Shown piece after piece: positions 9,686 to 18,860 of a stretch of DNA of 37,413 nt. Source of the stretch: Promethearchaeota archaeon (GTDB lineage Archaea > Asgardarchaeota > Lokiarchaeia > Sigyniarchaeales > SOKP01). The stretch lies in contig JABCSY010000034.1 of NCBI GenBank assembly GCA_018238625.1, forward strand, positions 1-37,413, given 5' to 3'. A program made the translations under genes and the position numbers. Position 1 is the first letter of the stretch, and each line of letters opens with the position of its first letter. Under the pieces are notes generated by a model, which worked only from the letters and a program-made list of their open reading frames with translations, searched no databases and was not told the DNA's origin.

Positions 9686-11227
9686 TTAGTTCACCTCTGG
9701 TATCAAAAGAATAAAATTACTTCCTTTAGTATAATCTCCTTCGACCCTATCCTCTACCCAGATTTGTCCATTGTAGTTTTCAATTATTTTTTTGACAAGA
9801 GTTAAACCTAAACCTAACCCCATTTTATCTTTTTTTTCGTTATAACCTCTTTGAAAGACTTTTTCTTTCATTTCGGGTAGGATACCAATTCCGTTATCAA
9901 AAAATTCAAGTTTAAGATAATAAATTTCATTCTTAAAGACTTTAGAAATTTTTATTATAATCTCGATTAATGGATTTTGATTGTGTATTATCGCATTTAT
10001 CAATATATTTTCAAAAACAACTCGTAATAATTCATTAGTTTTAATGAATAACTTTTTGTAATCACACTGAATCTGAATAATTATTTTTTTCTTTTTGTAT
10101 ATTTTGATGAGATTGTTTTTTATTTCTTGTAAAACTTCAATTAACTCGATTTTATTTAGTATAAGTTTATGATCCTCAATTTCAGAAAGTTTTCTTATAT
10201 TAGATACTAAATTCGTACCTCTCTTGACTTGATCTCTTATTATCTCTAACAATTCATCATCATTTTCAAGATTTAAATCTCCCTGAACACTTAAAGTGAT
10301 TAACTCAACTGAAGATTGAATATTTTGAAAGATGTTGTTTATATCATGGGTGAAAATGTCTTTATAAAAATTAACATGATTATAAGCTTCACGATATTTT
10401 ATTTCAGATTGTTTTAGTTTTAGTTCTGTATTTTTTCTTTTTGTAATATCTTGTATTATAAATTGTATCACTGTTTCTTTCCCAATTTTTGATAAAGAGG
10501 CAGTAGCACTAACCCATAATTTATCTCCAATTGATCGATGTATTGGAAACTCAAATGTTAAAGATTTTTCATCTTTTGCTATTGTTTCAAGGATTTTTTC
10601 GAATAATAGAATATTGGGTTTATCTTTTTCGTGGTAACTCCAAAATTCATTAAAATTTTTTCCGATTATATCGTCTTCTAATGTGTGTTTCGATAAAAAC
10701 ATATTTGTAGCTTTATTGCAATCCAATAAATTTCCATCTAAATCAAAAATTCCTATGGAATAAGGAGAACTCTCAAATAAGTAACGATATCTTTTTTCTG
10801 ATTCTTTTAACAATTTTGCAGTTCTTAAGTTGTTTTTAACTTCTTCTTGTTTTGTAATATCTTCAGTAGATACTAAGATTATGTCTGGAGGAATATATTT
10901 ATAAATAACGTAGAGATTTCGAAACATTCCAGAAGTTTTGTAGAAATAACGCATCTCTTTAGATAAGTCTAATTTATTTTCAAAACAGTTAAAAACATCC
11001 TCTATAATATCTTGTCTTTTTTTATACAACTCTGTTAATTTTCGTCCTAAAAAACCCTCCATTTTTTCGTCGGCAAATAAATTTGCGGCTTGATTATAGT
11101 CTAATAATTCAAAATCTTTATCATGATATTTCCAAATATAAGTCGGAATCGGAATTGATTTAAAAAATGTCCTATATATTTCTGGAGTTCCATTTAATTT
11201 AGTATTTCTCGCACCATTTATCTTCAA
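9686..11227 (-). CDS. PAS-PAS sensor histidine kinase (soluble)
   Basis: Two PAS-like domains (ending STEDITKQ and IIQDITKRK); H-box FTHDINN, N-box FENILINAIIH, DNGIGI, GLGLGL. Confidence 0.95.
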   Translation of the reverse strand: MKINGARNTKLNGTPEIYRTFFKSIPIPTYIWKYHDKDFELLDYNQAANLFADEKMEGFLGRKLTELYKKRQDIIEDVFNCFENKLDLSKEMRYFYKTSGMFRNLYVIYKYIPPDIILVSTEDITKQEEVKNNLRTAKLLKESEKRYRYLFESSPYSIGIFDLDGNLLDCNKATNMFLSKHTLEDDIIGKNFNEFWSYHEKDKPNILLFEKILETIAKDEKSLTFEFPIHRSIGDKLWVSATASLSKIGKETVIQFIIQDITKRKNTELKLKQSEIKYREAYNHVNFYKDIFTHDINNIFQNIQSSVELITLSVQGDLNLENDDELLEIIRDQVKRGTNLVSNIRKLSEIEDHKLILNKIELIEVLQEIKNNLIKIYKKKKIIIQIQCDYKKLFIKTNELLRVVFENILINAIIHNQNPLIEIIIKISKVFKNEIYYLKLEFFDNGIGILPEMKEKVFQRGYNEKKDKMGLGLGLTLVKKIIENYNGQIWVEDRVEGDYTKGSNFILLIPEVN

Positions 11228-11380
11228 AGGTCATCAGCTTATAGAAATTACTTCTAAATCAATAAAACGATAACATTTTTACTTGAGTAAGTTATCAAAA
11301 TATTAGATAAAATATGGTTTATTTAACAATTCGCATTACAAATTTTTGTTTAAAAATTTATAAAAAAAAAAAATTACTAT

Positions 11381-11440
11381 TCTTCCATTTCTTTTAGTTT
11401 CTAATTGAGAACTCTTCAGGATCGTTTAGTTCTATCGTTA
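11381..11440. repeat. About 60-bp intergenic copy of an internal segment of the inactive ABC ATPase gene (13116-13176)
   Basis: 33-bp exact match AGAACTCTTCAGGATCGTTTAGTTCTATCGTTA at 11408-11440 and 13144-13176; degenerate match continues about 27 bp leftwards. Confidence 0.9.
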
Positions 11441-11452
11441 AATCGAATAGCT

Positions 11453-11659
11453 TTAAATTAAGCTAGCTACTCTGTTGATTTCAGCATGTAGTTGAATTAC
11501 AGAAAATGGTTTTTCGATAAAGGAAATAGCACCTATTTCAAGCGCTTGTTCTTTAATTGAATTATCTGCGCTAGTAAAAATAACTTTAATGCGACTATTA
11601 TATTTCATCAATTCAATGGTCGCTTCAATTCCGTTTTTAACTGGCATTCTATGGTCCAT
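11453..11659 (-). pseudogene. 5'-truncated paralog of the response regulator
   Basis: MDHRMPVKNGIEAT...FIEKPFSVIQLHAEINRV aligns to the C-terminal part of 9319..9684; the N-terminal acidic pocket (EDD) is missing and upstream DNA is non-homologous. Confidence 0.75.
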
Positions 11660-11713
11660 TAAAATTAATAATTTCGGAATTAAATTATAAATTCAGCAAA
11701 GTTATAGAGAATA

Positions 11714-12037
11714 ATGAAAGTAAAAAAAATAGTAATTTTTATGAATGGGAATAATAGGAATAGGTCCATAGGTATAAAAGAATTAGTGAAAATCCCAGGG
11801 GTGGGTAAAGTTATAGCAAATGGTCTATGGAACATTGGCATTACTTCTATAGAAGAATTAAAAGATAAAAATCCTGAAAAACTTTACGAAAAAGTTTGTG
11901 CGTTTAAAGGAGAAAGGATTGACAAATGCGTGTTATATGTCTATAGATGCGCTGTTTATTACGCTTCAAACGATATTCACGATTCGGAATTGCTAAAATG
12001 GTGGAATTGGAAAGATTTAGAAAAAAATAAGAAATAA
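11714..12037 (+). CDS. Helix-hairpin-helix protein, Cdd1/pathogenicity-locus-like family
   Basis: IPGVGKVIA HhH motif; DKCVLYVYRCAVYYA and LKWWNWKD family signature. Start may be ATG 11741. Confidence 0.8.
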   Translation: MKVKKIVIFMNGNNRNRSIGIKELVKIPGVGKVIANGLWNIGITSIEELKDKNPEKLYEKVCAFKGERIDKCVLYVYRCAVYYASNDIHDSELLKWWNWKDLEKNKK

Positions 12038-12094
12038 AATTCGCTCCTAAAAATTAAAAGAAGAAGTATGAAGAAAAAACTTATTTTTACATTA

Positions 12095-12904
12095 TCAATC
12101 TTTTTTTAAAAACCTTTTTGAAGAGAATCTTATGCCGAAAAACAAGAAAAACAAAGAGAAGATCAATGTTAACGGTAAATGTCCAATAACAATGTAGGCA
12201 AAAGCGGGTTCTGATGAGTAGGCAAATAATACAATTGTTACAACTAAATGAATGATAGAGTTCGCAATGGCAACTCTTCGATTTGGAGATAAAATACCAA
12301 AAAGAAAATTGGGAAATAAAAATAAAATCATAATATTTCCAGTTGATAGCAGAATCATAGCCGGAAAAAATCTTGTGAACAGCTCATCACCATATAGATA
12401 TTGAGTTAGGTTAAAAGCCTCAAAAAGAAAAAGAGTAGCATAAATACTGAGTAAAATTAAAGGGTACATAAGCGATCCGTTAATTAACCACGATATTACC
12501 ACTCTAATTATGGGTGTGCTTATAATTTTTCCTTTTAGATTGCTTTGAATGTTTTTTTCCATTTCTTCTTGAATGATTTTTTCTGTGTCGTAATCAGGTG
12601 AATAGGAATCGATAAATTCTTGTAAAATATTTTTCAAAATGTTAGAGACCAATTCGTTGTTATCGTTTGAACTCACGATCGCGGCTCCGAGTAACCGTTC
12701 GTCTTGTTTTGAGACGATGATAAGTTTATTGTTTTCCCCAAGATCAACGTTTTTAACTGCCGTACCTAAGGCTTCCCTACTAAAGTTAGTGATAGATGTG
12801 AAAAACCCTATTAATAAATTATCGTCGTACTTTTGTTCTCTCTCAAAAGATTTGGAATATAATAAAATTCCTTTATTATCCATGATATATAGATTTTTTA
12901 ACAT
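12095..12904 (-). CDS. Longin-like domain fused to about 4 transmembrane helices
   Basis: N-terminus LYIMDNKGILLYSKSF...DDNLLIGFFTSITNFSREALG...LKNILQEFIDSY fits the longin beta-beta-alpha-beta-beta-beta-alpha pattern; four hydrophobic segments follow. GAGGAGTG precedes ATG 12904. Confidence 0.72.
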   Translation of the reverse strand: MLKNLYIMDNKGILLYSKSFEREQKYDDNLLIGFFTSITNFSREALGTAVKNVDLGENNKLIIVSKQDERLLGAAIVSSNDNNELVSNILKNILQEFIDSYSPDYDTEKIIQEEMEKNIQSNLKGKIISTPIIRVVISWLINGSLMYPLILLSIYATLFLFEAFNLTQYLYGDELFTRFFPAMILLSTGNIMILFLFPNFLFGILSPNRRVAIANSIIHLVVTIVLFAYSSEPAFAYIVIGHLPLTLIFSLFFLFFGIRFSSKRFLKKD

Positions 12905-12943
12905 ACTCACTCCTCTTGTTTTGTCATAATTTAGTTTTAAATT

Positions 12944-14647
12944 TTATTTATTTTCAACAAATTCTAAATATTCTCCAATGGAGGCATTAGATTTTTTAAA
13001 ACATTGTAATTGTGGACCAAATAATTCTGTTATCCTTACAATTACGTTATTTGTATTCGATTTAAGAAAAATCTTATATTTTTCATTCTTTCTTTCTTCG
13101 ATTATTACTTCAATTTCTTCTATTTCTTCTAGTTTTCTAATTAAGAACTCTTCAGGATCGTTTAGTTCTATCGTTACAATCTCGCCATATTGAGGCAGTT
13201 CTTTAATATAATCCTTAAAAGATCCTATTTTTGATGCTGTTTTGGTGATCGTTAAAATTTGGTCGCAATTTGATGCGATCTCCTCAGATCCATGGAAAAT
13301 CATAATCACATGAAATTCTTGCTTAATTTTATCCATGTAATTGTTAAATTTTTCGTATTCTAATTTTCCTAAAATTCCATAAGGTATTGAAAACATTATA
13401 ATCGTTGGTGCTTGGATTAAAGCGCGTGCTATTGAGAAAAGCAGGTATTCTAAAGGTGTTAACTCTGAGAACTTCTTATTTTTCTTATTTAGCATCCCAG
13501 TTACTTCCAAAACATTTTTTAGGAACTGTTTTTTACGATTGAATTTGTAAATTGTATCCGAAACTAAATCTTCAATAATTTCATCTATACTTTGACCTAA
13601 TCCAGCATTTTTTAAAATTGCGTTGAATTCATTCTTTCTCCCTTTATATATCTTATTCAAGTTTATCTTGTATTGAATTGCTTTCTTTACCTTCATATTT
13701 GTTATTACTGAGTTGTAAGCAGGAGGTAAAAGAAAAATTTTCTCTTTTTCTTTTTTTGATAACGATTTTATGGGATTTCCGAAAATTTCTATTGACCCTG
13801 AAAAATCTAGTTGCGAGCCTGCTATGGTCTCAAACAGATTCAATAAGTCTAATCTATGATCCACATTATTTAAATACTCTTCGTCGTACATAATGCCAAT
13901 AGACTTTCCTCTATGAATCTTAAAAGAAAGATTATTAATTGCTTCTCCCACTGACACGTCATTAAGAATTAAATATTGAGAATTTTCTTTTAAAGGTTCG
14001 AGATTGGCCTGTTTTGAAATAATTTCACAGATTTTTTCAATTATTTCAAGAACATGCGGAGGATTTTCTATATCCCAGTTTCTTATAATCTCTTCTTGGT
14101 TAAACTTTTTTTCAGTAATAATCCTTGACAAAGATCTTGAAAATGAAAAGGAAGGTAAAATTGGGTATTTTTCAAATTTAATTTTTAATTTGGTAGCGAA
14201 ATTGGGATAAGAGATTCGAATCTCTCTATAGTATGGGTTATTTCTTATTTGATAATTTTCAAACTTATTATCAATTAGTTCAACCTCATAGTTCAAAATT
14301 TCTAAGCGTTTTTGAAATTCTTGCCTAAAGAGGCTCCTCATGCGCCGAATAATTTTCATTGGATTAATAAAACCATCTTTATCGAAGCTTGGATTAAATA
14401 TAATCTCACTGAAATCAATCTCATCTTCAATAGGAGTATAAATCTTTAATAATGGAGCTCCTTTCTCCAAGACATCGCTATTAGTAAAAAATAATATTTC
14501 AATAAACGACCTTTTATAAATTAAATCAATAATAGAAGCAATCCCAAAAGTATCTTCTCTATAAGTCATCCAAAAACGTTTAGAAAGCCGGATTGCGCCC
14601 AAGATTTTTAATCTTAATCGTTCTAATTCTATTTCTCTATTCTTCAA
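12944..14647 (-). CDS. UBC/RWD(UEV)-like domain(s) fused to a degenerate (inactive) ABC ATPase and C-terminal regulatory domain
   Basis: KIKFEKYPILPSF...IIRNWDIENPPHVLEIIEKI; ABC scaffold INNLSFKIHRGKSIGI, SIARALIQAPTII, FHGSEEIASNCDQI; Walker A, LSGGQ and DEP replaced. GAGGTG lies 7 nt before TTG 14647. Confidence 0.7.
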   Translation of the reverse strand: MKNREIELERLRLKILGAIRLSKRFWMTYREDTFGIASIIDLIYKRSFIEILFFTNSDVLEKGAPLLKIYTPIEDEIDFSEIIFNPSFDKDGFINPMKIIRRMRSLFRQEFQKRLEILNYEVELIDNKFENYQIRNNPYYREIRISYPNFATKLKIKFEKYPILPSFSFSRSLSRIITEKKFNQEEIIRNWDIENPPHVLEIIEKICEIISKQANLEPLKENSQYLILNDVSVGEAINNLSFKIHRGKSIGIMYDEEYLNNVDHRLDLLNLFETIAGSQLDFSGSIEIFGNPIKSLSKKEKEKIFLLPPAYNSVITNMKVKKAIQYKINLNKIYKGRKNEFNAILKNAGLGQSIDEIIEDLVSDTIYKFNRKKQFLKNVLEVTGMLNKKNKKFSELTPLEYLLFSIARALIQAPTIIMFSIPYGILGKLEYEKFNNYMDKIKQEFHVIMIFHGSEEIASNCDQILTITKTASKIGSFKDYIKELPQYGEIVTIELNDPEEFLIRKLEEIEEIEVIIEERKNEKYKIFLKSNTNNVIVRITELFGPQLQCFKKSNASIGEYLEFVENK

Positions 14648-17600
14648 TTTTAGGCACCTCAATTAATTTGTATCTGAAGAATTGTTCCATTTTAGAATCG
14701 ATTTGCTTTATTTCTTGGATGGAATCTTTACCAATTTCACTTTCGATTTTTTCAATTAGTTCTTTTACGTTTAATTCTGTAAATAACGAATAATCAGTTC
14801 CCGCTTTATTTTCAAGAACGTTTTCTATGCCATCTATAGATTCGAGCGTTTCAATTACGTTTTCTTTTAGCTCGGTAAAACATACTTCTACAGAGCGTCC
14901 TTTTCCTGGTAATTGGGCTAATAGATATTTTGGTTTCCCGAAGTCTATAACACCGCGATTTCTGCCGAAAATAGCAACACGATGGCAGAAGCGTGATTCT
15001 TCGGGGTAATGAGTTATTACAATTAGAGTAGTTCCAAATTGCTCGTTGATTTTTGTAAGGGCTAGCCATAAATTTTCGCGTATGATAGGATCTAATCCTG
15101 AAGTAGGTTCGTCTAAAATAAGAAAGATTGGGGAGTGAATTAGCCCGATTGCAATGCTTACCCTTCTTTTTTGACCCCCCGAAAGGTTTCTCACGAATTC
15201 ATCCATTTTATCTTCAATTTCAAGATTACGCAAAAGTCTCCTAGATCTACTTATTATTTCTTGTTCCGTTAACCCATATTGATTTCCAAAATACAATAAG
15301 TTTTCAAAAACAGTAAAATTATGATAGATTTTCCCTAGATCTTGGGGTACATAGCCATATATGGGTCTAATCTTTTTAGAATTTTTTTTATTAATGTTCA
15401 TTCCATAAATTTTACAAAACCCCGTAATTTTTCTCATTCCCAGCAACCCTTTTACAAAAGTTGACTTTCCTGCCCCACTTTCCCCTAAGATTCCTAATAT
15501 TTGACCATGTTCTATTTTCATTGACACAGAGTCAACAATCAATCTTCCTCCAGCATATACGCTAAAATTTTCGCAATCGATTGCTGGAAATCTTTGTAAA
15601 TAGGATTGTGTAATTCTTCCACCAAGACCTAATTTTTCTTTAATTCTTTTCAATAACGCGAGTCTTTTGCGAATTTTTAAAAATATAAATAGACCAATAA
15701 ACCCAGCTTCAGTAAGTAAGATATAAATTAATAATTGGTTCCAAGGTTTTGAATCAAAACTCTGGTCATATTTTAATTCGTCTATAATTATAATTCCATA
15801 GGGCGAATTTCGTAAATCAGCTCCAAAATCAGGGGTATCCCCTATTCCTCCCGTATTGGTGCTTATACATCCCGAAAACCAGACTAAAGCTTCTTGAATG
15901 TTATCAGGTTGAAAGTTGTAGTCGTAAAGCGCCTTAGAAGCGAGATAGGTCACTAAAAAAGATGAAGGTAAATCTAAAAATACCCCCATCATGGGTAGAA
16001 GGGAAAAACTTCCATCGGAAGTTTGCGAAAGCTTTAAAAAATCAATTGCGGTCATTTTAGACATTGGACCGTTAACAAAACCCTCGTAAAAGATTTGCAA
16101 ACCGTAATATGTAGAAATAACGTCGCTATGAAATCCCATAACGATTGAAAATCCTCCATCAGCGTTTTGGCACGACCTTACCCAATGAGAAAGATTATTA
16201 TAATGAATCCGATCTAACCCATTAATTAATTTTAGAGAAATTAAAGCCCAATATGTACTTTCTACAGTGGAAACATTTGTATTGATTAAATTAGTAAAAA
16301 TCATAGAATAAGACCCAAAAAGAGATAATAAATAATCGATATCGTTTCCAACTCTGAAACCTCCATCAGGATTTTGCAAGTTAGATAAGAAGTTTTTTGT
16401 CAAATTTAAGGTATTTGGAAGAAACCAAGGTTGATTTGCGGGATTATTTGCGGGATTAAGCATTTGAAATAGTTTTAATCCACAATACGTAGCAAAAAGA
16501 GTTGCTTCTTGACCTGGTTGCGAACCAAACCCTCCATCGTGAATATTATAACATGTATTTGTAAAATATAAGATATTGTTTTTTATGTATTGAAATTGCG
16601 CGGTCTGTATTGAATCGAGATACCCCATGCTAAAATAAGTTAAAATTCCAAAATAATTAGTTTCAATTGTTATTTGCCCAAATAGAGCGTTTTTTGCTTG
16701 GAAAAAGTGTAGCCATTCATAGTAATTAATTTTAATTTGTTTTATAGCCTCAATTACTTCTTGAGTAAGAATTAACTGACTTTCTAAAATTCTAATTGAT
16801 TTCATTGCCGCCCAACCAGATGTGAAATCAGATTTAGTTACATTTGGATGAAAACCAAATCCTCCATCATTATTTGAACAATTCAAGATAAATTCTAAAG
16901 TTTTAGAGGCATTTATTAAAGGAAGCTCTAATAAATCTAGCGAAGAAATAGCGTAATAAGTTGATTGGACATCAGTAATACCTGCTAAAATGTTACTATA
17001 GCCACCATCGAATGGGTTATGCAATGAGTTAAAATAAGCTCCAATGGCTATTACTTCACCTAAATTATAAGACATATTCATTCCTAGAAAAGCTCTTACA
17101 CCATAGAAGGTCGTTTCTGGATTTGAAACTAAAGAGTTATTTGTTATTCGATAACTACCTCCAAACCATGTAGAATTAATAAATTCTTCAATATTTTGAT
17201 TAAGAAGTAAAGAACTCTCTGATAAACTATATGCGAGTTCAATCGCACAGAATGTAGAAATAATGTCAGAATCGTTTAAAAATGGCATAATCTTAAATCC
17301 CCATCCGCCTCCGTTTAAAGATTTTACTAAATAGTTAGCAATATTATTCGTTTCTCCTAGATTTATCTTGCGTTCAAGATACGATTTATTGGTTATTTCT
17401 AAAGTTTCGATTGCTTCATAGGTTGAAAACATATTTCCAAATTCTGCTATATCTGAATAAGACCCATCCACATTTTGTTTTTCAAAGATATAATCAAAAA
17501 AGAAATTGCGGAAAAAAGCTTCAATGTTTAGATTATTATTAGGATTTATTAATTCAGGAGCATTAATATTTGAAAATGTGAAATTAATAGAATCGATAGC

Positions 17601-17828
17601 TCTAAAATTTGAATCAATATCGGGTTCTATAAACAATCCTACATCGTTATGGTGAGTGCTTGTAAAAGAAGTTGCCATATTTTTAATTTGTTCTGCATTT
17701 TTTTCGTCAATATAATAAGTCCAATGAACATTTACTAAAACCAAAGTTGTAATTGGAGTTCCGATAAGAATACAGACTATAATAAAATTTTTTAGTCTTT
17801 TTTCGTTTTTCCGACTTAATTTTAAGAT
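14637..17828 (-). CDS. Fusion: signal anchor, extracellular prenyltransferase/squalene-cyclase repeat domain, TM helix, intact ABC ATPase
   Basis: About 9 repeats such as KQNVDGSY, CSNNDGGFG, LQNPDGGFR, CQNADGGFS, SQTSDGSFS; TM LLIYILLTEAGFIGLFIFL; GESGAGKS, YVPQD, LSGGQ, LILDEPT, ITHY. The frame is open upstream of TTG 17744 and encodes RKNEKRLKNFIIVCILIGTPITTL; start uncertain. Confidence 0.85.
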   Translation of the reverse strand: MLKLSRKNEKRLKNFIIVCILIGTPITTLVLVNVHWTYYIDEKNAEQIKNMATSFTSTHHNDVGLFIEPDIDSNFRAIDSINFTFSNINAPELINPNNNLNIEAFFRNFFFDYIFEKQNVDGSYSDIAEFGNMFSTYEAIETLEITNKSYLERKINLGETNNIANYLVKSLNGGGWGFKIMPFLNDSDIISTFCAIELAYSLSESSLLLNQNIEEFINSTWFGGSYRITNNSLVSNPETTFYGVRAFLGMNMSYNLGEVIAIGAYFNSLHNPFDGGYSNILAGITDVQSTYYAISSLDLLELPLINASKTLEFILNCSNNDGGFGFHPNVTKSDFTSGWAAMKSIRILESQLILTQEVIEAIKQIKINYYEWLHFFQAKNALFGQITIETNYFGILTYFSMGYLDSIQTAQFQYIKNNILYFTNTCYNIHDGGFGSQPGQEATLFATYCGLKLFQMLNPANNPANQPWFLPNTLNLTKNFLSNLQNPDGGFRVGNDIDYLLSLFGSYSMIFTNLINTNVSTVESTYWALISLKLINGLDRIHYNNLSHWVRSCQNADGGFSIVMGFHSDVISTYYGLQIFYEGFVNGPMSKMTAIDFLKLSQTSDGSFSLLPMMGVFLDLPSSFLVTYLASKALYDYNFQPDNIQEALVWFSGCISTNTGGIGDTPDFGADLRNSPYGIIIIDELKYDQSFDSKPWNQLLIYILLTEAGFIGLFIFLKIRKRLALLKRIKEKLGLGGRITQSYLQRFPAIDCENFSVYAGGRLIVDSVSMKIEHGQILGILGESGAGKSTFVKGLLGMRKITGFCKIYGMNINKKNSKKIRPIYGYVPQDLGKIYHNFTVFENLLYFGNQYGLTEQEIISRSRRLLRNLEIEDKMDEFVRNLSGGQKRRVSIAIGLIHSPIFLILDEPTSGLDPIIRENLWLALTKINEQFGTTLIVITHYPEESRFCHRVAIFGRNRGVIDFGKPKYLLAQLPGKGRSVEVCFTELKENVIETLESIDGIENVLENKAGTDYSLFTELNVKELIEKIESEIGKDSIQEIKQIDSKMEQFFRYKLIEVPKIEE

Positions 17829-18859
17829 ATAATTCCACCTTCACTATTTATTTCAGAAATATTTACTTCATTTTCTTTTTCTTCTTCCTCTTGGATTCTG
17901 ATCTGAAAGAGTCTTCTAAAATTGGCAATATCCCTACTCATTGAATAAATTTTAACATCATTTTCAAATAAGTATTTCATTAATTTAGGCAAGTTATTCT
18001 CAAAATTTTCCATTAATACTTCGATAGTTTCATTTCCAACGCGTAATACATTTTTGACCGAATCAAATTTTTGAACCGTTTTTATTACTTTTTGATCTAA
18101 ATTTTCGATTGAAATTCTCGCTACTAAACCCCCACTGGGCAGAGAAGATATTAACTTTCGAGGCGTGTCAAATTCGAGTAATTTCCCCTGCCTTAATATC
18201 GCAGTTTTATCACATATTAGTGCCGCTTCTAAATCGTGTGTAATAATAAACATGGTTGTGCCTAAATGCTGGTTTAGCTTCTTTAGATAACTGAGTATAT
18301 CATAACGTTTCGACGCATCCACACCAGTCGTGGGTTCGTCAAGAAAGAGAACTTTTGGGTTGTGGATTAAACCAATAGCCATTGAAAGACGCTTCTTTTC
18401 GCCCCCGCTCATCCGAGATACCCTTTTTTTCCAAGTATCCTCGGGAATGTCTAATATTTTAAACAGCTTTTCAGCGGTTTTTTTTGCCTTCTTTTTGTTC
18501 ATTCCATAAGTAGATGTAAAAACCTCGACATTTGACATAGGATTTAATTCAAAATATAAATTCAATAGTTCTAGTTGAGGAACGTATCCAATATTACTTA
18601 GAATTTTTGAATGATTTCTTTTTTTCCTAGGATTTAAACCCGTAACTTCTACATTTCCGCTCCAATTTTTCTTTTCAATTTGGCATGTTAGTACCCTAAT
18701 AATTGTTGTTTTTCCAGCGCCTGAAATTCCAAACATACCAATGATTTCGCCTTGGTCCACATTAAAAGATACATCATGTACAATTTGGTTTTTCCCAAAT
18801 GTGACATTTAAGTTTTCCACGAGTACCATTGAATTATCAGAAGGATTAGAAATCTCCAT
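17822..18859 (-). CDS. ABC-2 type transporter ATP-binding protein (DrrA/CcmA-like)
   Basis: GISGAGKTT, YVPQ, MSGGEKKR, LFLDEPT, ITHD; GAGGTG precedes ATG 18859. Confidence 0.95.
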   Translation of the reverse strand: MEISNPSDNSMVLVENLNVTFGKNQIVHDVSFNVDQGEIIGMFGISGAGKTTIIRVLTCQIEKKNWSGNVEVTGLNPRKKRNHSKILSNIGYVPQLELLNLYFELNPMSNVEVFTSTYGMNKKKAKKTAEKLFKILDIPEDTWKKRVSRMSGGEKKRLSMAIGLIHNPKVLFLDEPTTGVDASKRYDILSYLKKLNQHLGTTMFIITHDLEAALICDKTAILRQGKLLEFDTPRKLISSLPSGGLVARISIENLDQKVIKTVQKFDSVKNVLRVGNETIEVLMENFENNLPKLMKYLFENDVKIYSMSRDIANFRRLFQIRIQEEEEKENEVNISEINSEGGIIS

Positions 18860-18860
18860 T

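Noticed and set aside
11381-13176. Repeat pair as mobile-element ends or a CRISPR/DGR component
   Set aside because: No transposase, integrase, reverse transcriptase or cas gene; only two copies, and the mismatches are not adenine-specific.
15780-17500. Calling the fusion a true squalene-hopene cyclase or protein prenyltransferase
   Set aside because: Catalytic DxDD and DxC/His motifs were not found; only the structural repeats are evident.
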